Source: Candidatus Staskawiczbacteria bacterium (GTDB lineage: Bacteria > Patescibacteriota > Minisyncoccia > Minisyncoccales > Staskawiczbacteraceae). Taken from it: a DNA stretch of 64,000 nucleotides. Position 1 is the stretch's first letter. Each line of letters starts with the position of its first letter. The stretch spans positions 275,877-339,876 of the forward strand of contig JBAZUH010000001.1 of NCBI GenBank assembly GCA_041661545.1. Reading direction: 5' to 3'. The translations under genes and the position numbers were made by a program. A model generated the notes under the pieces. That model was given only the letters and a program-made list of their open reading frames with translations. It had not been told where the DNA came from and made no database searches. Of the stretch, positions 1-7,654 are shown one piece after another.

Positions 1-262
1 GGGGTTTTCTGCTATATTCAACCTCAACCCTAATTCTCTGAATCAATGCCTCCCTCTTGGCGGTTTCGTCCGCAGGAGCAGGCTCTTCTTTCAGCGGAAC
101 AAATGCCACGCAATCTTTGCCTGCAATCCTTCTAGCTGTGATGCCCACAGGAAATGCTCGGAAAGAACGTGACGTTGACGTTGACAAAACTAGCGGCAAA
201 TCTGGGCCCCCAAGCAACTGCCAAGCAATTGTATGAGTGGTCGGATAGTCTTCCAATTCCAT
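1..262 (-). CDS. partial ORF (5' part; continues past left window edge), unknown product
   Basis: ATG (plus 'cat' 260-262). The frame stays open to position 1 (MELEDYPTTHTIAWQLLGG...). GC-rich like the adjacent pyrF. Absent from the ORF track because it has no stop in the window. Confidence 0.3.
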   Translation of the reverse strand, partial: MELEDYPTTHTIAWQLLGGPDLPLVLSTSTSRSFRAFPVGITARRIAGKDCVAFVPLKEEPAPADETAKREALIQRIRVEVEYSRKP

Positions 263-297
263 GATTTGTTTTCTTCTCCCGTTCCTAGTTGGTTTGG

Positions 298-1173
298 TTA
301 TTTCGGAATTGCCGAGTTAATTTGGTCACGGAGGGTTCGAGCTGCGAAAGCAGAATCTTCGGCAAAAATAATTCCCGATGAAGAATTCATGGCCATTGAA
401 CCATAACCGGCCCAAGCAGCGCGCACTGTTTCTCCAACAAATCCGCCCTGTGTGCCAATACCCGGAATCAAAAACCACAATTTATTACCAACAAGTTCGC
501 GTGCACGAACTAAATGCTTCGCATAAATATCGCCCGTGCCCTTACGTTTCTCGTAAGCTGCAGCCATTACCAGGCCAGCGCTTGAGCCAACCTTTAGAAT
601 AGCTGCCCAATTCAAAATACAATCGGCATAATGTTCCCAGCTGGGCCGGCCATTTACCATTAAGATGTCTTGAACTTGCCGAGCCTTTGGATTGCTGGTA
701 TAGCACAAACCAACCAACCCCTTGCTGTCGGGATTATCTACATCAACCAAGGCTTCCATTGTATCCATACCCATATAAGGCGAAAAGGTAATGCCGTCGG
801 CATTTTGACCCCTAGCACTCAAATGAGCTTGACGATACATCTCTTGCGTACGAGCAATGTCGCCACGCTTAGCGTCAAGCAAAACTGGAACTCCGGGGTG
901 CTCTTCATGGATATACCGAATCGCATCTTTAAGGCTCTCTGCCCCACCCGGGAGCGCTTCCCAAAACGCCGAATTGGGCTTATACATGCACGTATATGGC
1001 TCCGTTTCTTCAACAGCACTCAACATCCAATAATAAACGCTTTCTGCATCGGTGCGGTGGCGTGCTACGAAACGCTTGGGCATTTTTTCCAAAACTGGGT
1101 CTAAGCCCACACAAACTAGGCTGTTTACAGCCTTTTGCCGTTCGGCTAGTATTTGCCTGAATCCCTTTTTCAT
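298..1173 (-). CDS. pyrF: orotidine 5'-phosphate decarboxylase, type 2
   Basis: Motifs LVCVGLDP, KPNSAFWE, LLDAKRGDIARTQ, SPYMG, TSNP and PGIGTQGG match long-form OMP decarboxylase. Visibly GC-rich compared with the backbone. Confidence 0.8.
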   Translation of the reverse strand: MKKGFRQILAERQKAVNSLVCVGLDPVLEKMPKRFVARHRTDAESVYYWMLSAVEETEPYTCMYKPNSAFWEALPGGAESLKDAIRYIHEEHPGVPVLLDAKRGDIARTQEMYRQAHLSARGQNADGITFSPYMGMDTMEALVDVDNPDSKGLVGLCYTSNPKARQVQDILMVNGRPSWEHYADCILNWAAILKVGSSAGLVMAAAYEKRKGTGDIYAKHLVRARELVGNKLWFLIPGIGTQGGFVGETVRAAWAGYGSMAMNSSSGIIFAEDSAFAARTLRDQINSAIPK

Positions 1174-1284
1174 GATTTTGGTTTCTTTGGTTTCTTTGTC
1201 AAAGTTCGTGTTGTTCCAGCGCTTTATACCTAAAAGCTTAAAACTGGTTAGTTTATACTAACAATAAAAAATAAAAAGTCAATG

Positions 1285-1494
1285 CTACCCCTTGATTAGC
1301 TTATACTCAGACCCGTGATGAACTAATTTATATATAATACCCATGTGGTCTTCAAATGTTGCAGACCCATGACTAAATGCATGGTCAAAAAAAACTTTGG
1401 CTTCTTCTGCATTAATTTCATATATTAAATATCTTATACCCTTACTAACAGTTGCGTCGTGCTCAACTATGTGCCCCTTGATTCTTGTTTTCAT
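1285..1494 (-). CDS. hypothetical small protein
   Basis: 69-aa ORF whose start overlaps the stop of the upstream DUF167 gene by 4 nt (ATGA coupling). No recognisable motif. Confidence 0.45.
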   Translation of the reverse strand: MKTRIKGHIVEHDATVSKGIRYLIYEINAEEAKVFFDHAFSHGSATFEDHMGIIYKLVHHGSEYKLIKG

Positions 1495-1766
1495 AATATT
1501 TCTATTATTTTATTTCTTGATGTATAACCACTTATAATTTTAACATTTGCTGTTCCAGTTTTAAAATATACAGCTAAGGCATTTCTAATTGCCTCGTTAG
1601 CTTTTCCTTTTACCGGAGGTTCTTTAACCCACACCTCAAAACAAGCATCTATTTTTTTCACCCCGTTAAATAATTCCGCCGAAGACGGAATTGCCCCTTC
1701 GGGGCATTTAACAGGGTAAATTTTCTCCTCTCTAGCCCCCGGCTTTGCTTTTATATTTATTTTCAT
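1491..1766 (-). CDS. DUF167 (YggU-like) family protein
   Basis: KPGAREEKI...PPVKGKANEAI...V.IISGYTSRNKII pattern, typical of the YggU/DUF167 family. Confidence 0.7.
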   Translation of the reverse strand: MKINIKAKPGAREEKIYPVKCPEGAIPSSAELFNGVKKIDACFEVWVKEPPVKGKANEAIRNALAVYFKTGTANVKIISGYTSRNKIIEIL

Positions 1767-1775
1767 AAAGTAAAT

Positions 1776-1911
1776 AGCGAGGGCATTTTGCGAAAGAAAC
1801 GATTACGCAGGTGCCCCGTTGTGGGCGCCGAGTTCCAAGCGCGTTTGAAATTGTGTAAATTTAACTACAATTTCAAACGACGCTGTGTTTCTGAAGTAAA
1901 ATGCCCGAGCG
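1776..1911. repeat. family-1 nested palindromic element (REP/RPE-like)
   Basis: Ends are AGCGAGGGCATTTTGCGAAAGAAACG...CGTTTCTGAAGTAAAATGCCCGAGCG. The inner perfect hairpin is GTTTGAAATTGT...ACAATTTCAAAC. It abuts the stop codon of the 1912..3228 gene. Confidence 0.8.
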
Positions 1912-3228
1912 TTATATAACGACAGCTTCTCCTCTACCAATTAAGTCTGTTTCTTTGCCTTGAACTAATATTGCCTGCTCATCTGTAATTATTTTTAAAT
2001 TCTTAAATCTTTTTTTAGGGTTTTTTATCTTTTGTTTTATAATTTCTGCATGTTCTGGCAAATAGTGGCAAAAAATATCAAACGGAACAAGGCCTAACCC
2101 TTTTAAATTTTTTAACTTTACTATATTTTTGTCACCATCTTCGCCCCAGCCAGCTGTTTGTATAGTTTTTCCCGCAACCATACTCCCGGCCGAAACTCCA
2201 ATATAAACCTTTCCTTCTTTCAATAATTTTTTTATTATTCTTTCAAAGTTACAAGCTCTCATTGATTTTAATAAATAAAAAGTGTTTCCGCCTGCAACAA
2301 AAATAATATCTTTCATTTCTATTAAACTCATCACTTCTGATTCTTTTTTTCCATCTATATCAATTTCTTCCACATTAAAGCCCATCTCATCTCTCATAAT
2401 AATCAAGTCATTCTTTAAATAATCTAAATTTTCTTGTGGTTTTGCGGCTGTTGTTATAAAAGCTACCGTAATATCGTAGGCTGGTTTTGTTAAAAGTTTT
2501 GTTATTTCATCCCGCATAGACACCATGCCCGTTGAAGTCAACAATAAGGTTTTGGCCATATTGTGCTTTATGATATTTTTTACTAACCCTATTAAATAAT
2601 TTATCAAGGCTATAATTATTAATAACGCTCCAACTACACCCACACCAGCTATGCCAAATGGTGTTAGAAAAAATTGTAAAACCGATGTTTTAAAAAATAC
2701 TACTTTTAATAAAGGCAATTGCCAATAAATATTTAAAATTGATTGCACGTCAAAAGACTCTGTTTTGCCTACAGTTAAAACATATTTTCCTAAATTATCT
2801 GAAGAATAAACTGTTATTTTATATTTTCCAGCTAAAACATTTTCTTCTAATTCTGGGCCCTTAAAATAATAATCTCTGCTAAATTCTTCATAAAATTGTT
2901 GCCAATCAAATTTGCTTCCGTCTAAAGAATATATTTTCTCTCCTTGTGCAGAAAAAACATCTACTGAATACCTGCCATCTATATTAGAATGTGCTGGAAC
3001 CAAAAGATTTATGTATAATACAAAGTCTTTATCAGAATCTATAAAATAATCACGACTCACGCCCCTTAATTCATCATAAAAAGCTTGAGATAATTCTGGA
3101 TTTTTTATTTGAATATCTCCTGCTTGAGTGTAAATAATTGCAGGCTGGTGTGCTAATACAAAACTTGGAACAAAAAAACAACTTAAAGAAAATAAAAAAA
3201 TAACTAAAAATAAAGTTAATTTATTCAT
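1912..3228 (-). CDS. membrane protein with C-terminal peptidase S51 (dipeptidase E-like) domain
   Basis: N-terminal signal peptide and mid-protein TM segments. The C-terminal half has LLLTSTG...FITTAA...IIFVAGGNTFYLL...YIGVSAGSMVAG, typical of the S51 family. Confidence 0.65.
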   Translation of the reverse strand: MNKLTLFLVIFLFSLSCFFVPSFVLAHQPAIIYTQAGDIQIKNPELSQAFYDELRGVSRDYFIDSDKDFVLYINLLVPAHSNIDGRYSVDVFSAQGEKIYSLDGSKFDWQQFYEEFSRDYYFKGPELEENVLAGKYKITVYSSDNLGKYVLTVGKTESFDVQSILNIYWQLPLLKVVFFKTSVLQFFLTPFGIAGVGVVGALLIIIALINYLIGLVKNIIKHNMAKTLLLTSTGMVSMRDEITKLLTKPAYDITVAFITTAAKPQENLDYLKNDLIIMRDEMGFNVEEIDIDGKKESEVMSLIEMKDIIFVAGGNTFYLLKSMRACNFERIIKKLLKEGKVYIGVSAGSMVAGKTIQTAGWGEDGDKNIVKLKNLKGLGLVPFDIFCHYLPEHAEIIKQKIKNPKKRFKNLKIITDEQAILVQGKETDLIGRGEAVVI

Positions 3229-3229
3229 A

Positions 3230-3991
3230 TTAAAATACTCTATGACTGCAACTACAAACGTAACAGTCTAATGCGCATTCGCAACACCTGTAACAAAGAA
3301 ATGGCCTGCACTGACATTTATCTTTTTGCTTCATTTCTCTGCTACATTTTTTACATTTTAATATAATGCTTGGTTGTACAAATTTTTTGGGCGCTTCTTG
3401 GTATGATTCGGGTAATATGGTGCTTTTATACATTGTTCCATGACCAGGAATTATAAAATCTGCTATTTTTAAAATCATATCTCTGCTTTCTTTTAATTTT
3501 ACTGGGTTAGACGCATATGCATCGTCATGCGGATCTTTAGGAAAGTCTTCTTTCCAAAACACATCTCCGCATATTGCCACTTTTCCCTGTTCTGTATTAA
3601 CTAAAAGAGTAATACCTGTATAATCGTGCCCAGGAGTACGTAAAATTTTTATATTATCTGTAAAATTTTCCGACCAATCTTCTGAAGTATTTTTATTCCA
3701 CAAAGCAAAATATTCTAAAGTTTTAGCATCAGGAAACATGCCTATGTTTCTATAATGGTCAATATGTGAATGTGTTATACAAACAACATTAACATCTTTT
3801 ACTGACAAATTTTCTTTATTTAGAGCGTCTATTAGCAATTGTTGACTTTCTAAAACTCCTGGGTCAACCACCATTACAATATCTCCATCACGCACCAATG
3901 TAATGGTTGGCTGGGTTTTCTCTTCGCCAGTATCACCTTCAGAACCGGCGTTTGTGTAGCCCTCTAATAATATTTTTACTTGTGCTACCAT
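3230..3991 (-). CDS. MBL-fold metallo-hydrolase with Cys-rich C-terminal tail
   Basis: THSHIDHYRN (HxHxDH) plus downstream PGHD and PGHG. The last ~42 aa contain 13 Cys (CKKCSREMKQKDKCQCRPFLCYRCCECALDCYVCSCSH). Confidence 0.8.
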   Translation of the reverse strand: MVAQVKILLEGYTNAGSEGDTGEEKTQPTITLVRDGDIVMVVDPGVLESQQLLIDALNKENLSVKDVNVVCITHSHIDHYRNIGMFPDAKTLEYFALWNKNTSEDWSENFTDNIKILRTPGHDYTGITLLVNTEQGKVAICGDVFWKEDFPKDPHDDAYASNPVKLKESRDMILKIADFIIPGHGTMYKSTILPESYQEAPKKFVQPSIILKCKKCSREMKQKDKCQCRPFLCYRCCECALDCYVCSCSHRVF

Positions 3992-3998
3992 ATTTTTT

Positions 3999-4544
3999 TT
4001 AATTTAGCATCCAAATAATAAAATTTAAAAATCCTGCAAAAGAAACCCACAAAATATATGGCGCCAATAATAAAGCTGAAATTTTAGACACTCTGTAAAA
4101 ATTTATAATTGTAAATACTATAGCAACCCAAAGCATTAACAAAATAAAAAAAGCTGCACCAGGAGAGTGCATGCCAAAAAATACTATCGACCACAAAATA
4201 TTCAAAATAAGCTGAATTGAAAAAATTAAAATAAGGTTAGCTTTTTGCCAAGAGCCTGTTAAAAACTTTTCTGACAAAGAATTCCATGGTTTTTTTCCTT
4301 TTAAATTTAATTTATTCTGGGGCTTCCAATTATTGTTCCAAACTAAATATAAAGAAATTCCCATTAATATAAATAAAGTTGTCCAAACTGGGCCAAAAAT
4401 CCAATTTGGCGGATTAAAAAAGGGCTTGTTTAGCCCGCTATACCAATTACGTATTTCTGATACTGTAAATACAGAACCAACTACACCTGCTAATTCACAA
4501 ATAATAATACTTATAACTAATTTTACAATGTTATTATATTTCAT
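3999..4544 (-). CDS. tspO: TspO/MBR family tryptophan-rich sensory protein
   Basis: WYSGLNKPFFNPPNWIFGPVWTTLFILMG and five hydrophobic helices. Confidence 0.8.
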   Translation of the reverse strand: MKYNNIVKLVISIIICELAGVVGSVFTVSEIRNWYSGLNKPFFNPPNWIFGPVWTTLFILMGISLYLVWNNNWKPQNKLNLKGKKPWNSLSEKFLTGSWQKANLILIFSIQLILNILWSIVFFGMHSPGAAFFILLMLWVAIVFTIINFYRVSKISALLLAPYILWVSFAGFLNFIIWMLN

Positions 4545-4565
4545 ATTATTTATTTTAACATATTG

Positions 4566-4637
4566 TGGGCGCGGAAGGAATCGGACCTTCGACCTCTGTC
4601 TTATCAGGACAGCGTTCTACCACTGAACTACGCGCCC
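4566..4637 (-). tRNA. tRNA-Ile (anticodon GAU)
   Basis: The reverse complement folds as a cloverleaf: GGGCGCG/TA/GTTC-AGTGGTA-GAAC/G/CTGTC-CTGATAA-GACAG/AGGTC/GAAGG-TCCGATT-CCTTC/CGCGCCC/A. No encoded CCA. The T-loop reads TCCGATT (C at position 55). Confidence 0.9.
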
Positions 4638-4685
4638 GTATTCTTAAGATTTTAACAAAAAAAACCATTTATTGCAAATATTAAT

Positions 4686-5095
4686 ATAAAAAAAGAGGGC
4701 TACACGAGTGTGTAGCCATGGCGAACGGGTTTAGGTGATGAGGAAGAGGTCTGAAAGACGGTAAGTGGATTGTAAATGATCTAAAAGATCCGGACGGCAG
4801 CAGGCAGAGCAGGGCGCGCTGAACAAATTTACGCGGTGAGTCCAGCGAACCCTTGGCGCTCAAGCCTGCCACCGTCCATTGGGAATAGTCAAAGCCATAT
4901 ACGGAGGACGATCCCCCCAGACAAGCCCCCGAGAGCCATTGACTTTTCCGAAATCGTTCAGGTCGGATGACGAATTATGAACAAAGCATACAGCCCTGAC
5001 AGAGGCGAAGCACCACCGAACGCAGTGCCACTTGTGCTCATATCTCGCTAACCGGCCTGAAAACTATTTACTATTCAAATAAACAATTTTCAGAA
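4686..5095 (-). ncRNA. rnpB: ~400-nt GC-rich structured RNA; best guess RNase P RNA (identity uncertain)
   Basis: About 50% GC in an AT-rich context. It contains a 13-bp helix (GACGGUGGCAGGC/GCCUGCUGCCGUC) enclosing nested helices, and UUCG-type hairpins. It ends in the intrinsic terminator GGCUACAC-ACUC-GUGUAGCC plus a U-run. Loose resemblance to RNase P: GAGCACAAGUGG...UAGAUCAUUUACAAUCCACUUAC with AAGUGG/CCACUU (P4-like) pairing, and AGGCUUGAGCG. Other conserved RNase P blocks were not recognised. Confidence 0.45.
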
Positions 5096-5140
5096 CAGTT
5101 AGAAGGGCCAGAACAACTTAACAATATCAAAAAAACAAAT

Positions 5141-6553
5141 TTAGGTCAACTTCTTTTCCATTTCTTGTGCAATAGCCAGTATTTTATTTTCTTCAAAATG
5201 ATTTCCTATAATTTGCAGTCCAACCGGCAAACCAGCTTCTGTTTTTCCTGCAGGCATTGATAAACCAGGCAAACCAGCTAATTTTAAAGGAATTGTATAA
5301 ATATCTGCTAAATACATTAAAAGTGGATCGTCTAACTTTTCACCCAACTTAAAAGCGGGAAATGGTGACACTGGGCAAAATAACAAATCAACTTTTTCAA
5401 ATGCTTTTGAAAAATCTTGACGAACCAACTGTCTAACCTCCTGTGCTTTTTTATAGTAAGCATCATAATATCCTGAAGATAAGCTATAGGTTCCCAACAT
5501 AATTCTTCTTTTTATTTCTGTACCAAATCCATGTCCTTTACTTTTTAGGTAAACATCCAATAAATCTCTTCCCTTCTCTGATAATCCATATTTTATTCCA
5601 TCAAGGCGCGCTAAATTTGCTGAAATTTCTGATGGACCAATAATATAATAACAGGCCAATGCATACTCTGTGCTAGGCAAGCTAATTTCTATAATTTTCG
5701 CGCCAGCACTTTCGGCTTTTTTAATTGCATTTCTAATTATCTTTTCAACTTCGGGCTCTAATCCTTTAGCAAAATATTCTTTTGGCACACCAATTTTTAA
5801 TCCTTCTAAATTTATTTTTAATTCCTCAAATTTATAATCAACTGATGTTGCATCCATTTTATCTTTTCCAGAAATAGCTTCAAAAACAATTTTACAATCT
5901 TCAACATTTTTTGCTATAGGACCTATTTGATCTAAAGATGAAGCATGTGCAACTAAACCATATCTTGATACAGCGCCATATGTTGGAGAAAATCCAACAA
6001 TACCACAAAAAGAAGCGGGCTGTCGTATCGACCCGCCAGTGTCAGAACCCAATGCATAAATTGATTCACCTGCGGTGACAGCTGCTACCGACCCGGAAGA
6101 TGTTCCACCAGGAACCCGTGTTTTATCGTGTGGATTTTTTGTAGCGCCGAATACTGATGTTTCTCCTGATGCACCCATAGCACTATCGTCTAAATTTGCT
6201 TTTCCTAGAAATACAGCTCCTTCTGCTTTTAACCTTGCTATAACTGTAGCATCATATGGTGCCACATAATTTTCTAAAATTTTTGAAGCAGCTGTGCATT
6301 TTATATCTTTAATTAAAATATTATCTTTTATAGCACATGGAATACCACAAAGCATGCCAAAATCACCTGTCTTAATTTTTTTATCTGCCTCTTCTGCCTG
6401 CTGTAACGCCAATTCTTCTGCAACAGTTATAAAAGTATTTAAATCACTCTTTTTTATTTTTTCTAAATAAGCTTTCGTTAAATCAACCGAAGTAAAATCT
6501 CCATTTTTAAGACCTTGGTGGGCTTGTTTAATTGTTAAATTAGTCAAATTCAT
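5141..6553 (-). CDS. gatA: Asp/Glu-tRNA amidotransferase subunit A
   Basis: Amidase signature GGTSSGSVAAV...GSDTGGSIRQPA. Directly downstream of gatC. Confidence 0.95.
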   Translation of the reverse strand: MNLTNLTIKQAHQGLKNGDFTSVDLTKAYLEKIKKSDLNTFITVAEELALQQAEEADKKIKTGDFGMLCGIPCAIKDNILIKDIKCTAASKILENYVAPYDATVIARLKAEGAVFLGKANLDDSAMGASGETSVFGATKNPHDKTRVPGGTSSGSVAAVTAGESIYALGSDTGGSIRQPASFCGIVGFSPTYGAVSRYGLVAHASSLDQIGPIAKNVEDCKIVFEAISGKDKMDATSVDYKFEELKINLEGLKIGVPKEYFAKGLEPEVEKIIRNAIKKAESAGAKIIEISLPSTEYALACYYIIGPSEISANLARLDGIKYGLSEKGRDLLDVYLKSKGHGFGTEIKRRIMLGTYSLSSGYYDAYYKKAQEVRQLVRQDFSKAFEKVDLLFCPVSPFPAFKLGEKLDDPLLMYLADIYTIPLKLAGLPGLSMPAGKTEAGLPVGLQIIGNHFEENKILAIAQEMEKKLT

Positions 6554-6584
6554 TGAAAATTAAAAATTTAAAATTGAAAATTAG

Positions 6585-6884
6585 TTAAAGCACGGCTTTA
6601 ACTTTTATATACCCATCTTTTTTATCTGGAAAACCTGCCATCAACCTGTCTACTGTTCCCGCATTTCTTGGCAAAACCTCATCTGTCCTGGTCGCATTTA
6701 AATTTGCTATTCCATTATTCCGTGGAATATTGGAATAGTTAGCTTTGGGTTTTGGGGCGGATTTTAATAAATCAAAATAATCTAAAATTTCTGACAGGTC
6801 TTTCTGCATTTTTTCTGTTTCCTGTTCTGTTAATTCTAACCTAGCTAATTTAGCAATTTTTTCTACCTCTTTTTTAGATATCAT
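6585..6884 (-). CDS. gatC: Asp/Glu-tRNA amidotransferase subunit C
   Basis: MISKKEVEKIAKLARLELTEQE...ILDYFDLL pattern, 99 aa, upstream of gatA. Confidence 0.9.
   Translation of the reverse strand: MISKKEVEKIAKLARLELTEQETEKMQKDLSEILDYFDLLKSAPKPKANYSNIPRNNGIANLNATRTDEVLPRNAGTVDRLMAGFPDKKDGYIKVKAVL
6707..6742. repeat. family-2 palindromic element copy inside gatC coding sequence
   Basis: CTATTCCATTATTCCGTGGAATATTGGAATAGTTAG differs at 2 positions from the intergenic 39-mers at 10450 and 10789. It is read in frame as NYSNIPRNNGI. Confidence 0.8.
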
Positions 6885-6921
6885 TAGATTATAATAGCAA
6901 AAATTTATAATGATGCAAATC

Positions 6922-6950
6922 TTGACACCGCCAGCAATTATGTTAGTATT
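6922..6950 (+). promoter_or_regulatory. putative sigma70-type promoter of the Cys-rich mini-gene islet
   Basis: TTGACA at 6922-6927 followed 16 nt later by TAGTAT (or TATTAT at 19 nt). Confidence 0.4.
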
Positions 6951-6995
6951 ATTCTACTGAAGGTCTTGAACCTTTCCAACTCAACCCCGACTAAC

Positions 6996-7286
6996 ATGAA
7001 AGCATCTTTGTTAAAATTATTCCGCGCGCTACTCCAAGCGCTGCATGGTTTCTTTTGTGGACATACTTTTGCAATATCTTCAAATACATGCAACACTTGT
7101 GGCGTAGAATTATGCGGAAAAAGGCTCATTGAAGGTTTCTCTTTCGCCTGTAATTTACCAAAGGGCCATAAAGGGCAATGCGAAAATACTTTTGGGCAAG
7201 ATGCAATTTCAAGCTATCTCAGGGTTAATGGCGGAGGCCCTAAAATCAACGACAGTCGCGTCACCCATGAAACCACAAACTCATAG
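6996..7286 (+). CDS. small Cys/His-rich protein A (zinc-ribbon-like), GC-rich islet
   Basis: The ORF is open from 6966 (TTG), with the first ATG at 6996. Motif: CGHTFAISSNTCNTCGVELCGKRLIEGFSFACNLPKGHKGQCEN. The start codon is uncertain. Confidence 0.5.
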   Translation: MKASLLKLFRALLQALHGFFCGHTFAISSNTCNTCGVELCGKRLIEGFSFACNLPKGHKGQCENTFGQDAISSYLRVNGGGPKINDSRVTHETTNS

Positions 7287-7497
7287 ACACGCGCGACTTG
7301 GAAATCTTGCACATTGTGAAAGCTGTGGCGCTCCAATGTGCCTATCCCAACATCCATATCTGCTAGTGTGCTGCACGCGAGTAAGAGGACACTCAGGACA
7401 GTGCAACAACCCAAACTTTCTCAGCTTCACGAGCTGGGATCGACCAAGCGAGCAACACCCGAACCTCCCCACGCGTCTTGAACATCCAGCCTTTTAA
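7267..7497 (+). CDS. small Cys/His-rich protein B, paralog of protein A
   Basis: Motif HCESCGAPMCLSQHPYLLVCCTRVRGHSGQCNN repeats the C-x2-C-G-x3-C...C-x5-G-H-x-G-Q-C-x-N pattern of protein A, but in the +1 frame. The ATG at 7267 overlaps the end of A. The ORF is open from 7129. Confidence 0.5.
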   Translation: MKPQTHRHARLGNLAHCESCGAPMCLSQHPYLLVCCTRVRGHSGQCNNPNFLSFTSWDRPSEQHPNLPTRLEHPAF

Positions 7498-7586
7498 CTG
7501 ATTATTCTTGATTGTTTACCGCGCATGCATCGAATTTCTATTGGAAAACGATGCTTTTTTTATACTACAATACTCTTGATATAGCC

Positions 7587-7619
7587 AAAAAAATATCTCG
7601 CGAAAACGAGATATTTTTA
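7587..7619. terminator. bidirectional intrinsic terminator
   Basis: A-run, then ATATCTCG-CGAAAA-CGAGATAT, then T-run. Lies downstream of mreB (minus) and of the plus-strand islet. Confidence 0.6.
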
Positions 7620-7654
7620 TTAAAAATTATAAATTAGAAATTGAAAATTCGTGG

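Noticed and set aside
4681-4872. 63-aa minus-strand ORF (MAGLSAKGSLDSPRKF...) from the ORF track
   Set aside because: It lies entirely within the GC-rich structured RNA region and runs through its terminator hairpin. It has no RBS and a low-complexity, Pro/Ser/Leu-rich product. It is most likely a chance ORF in an RNA gene.
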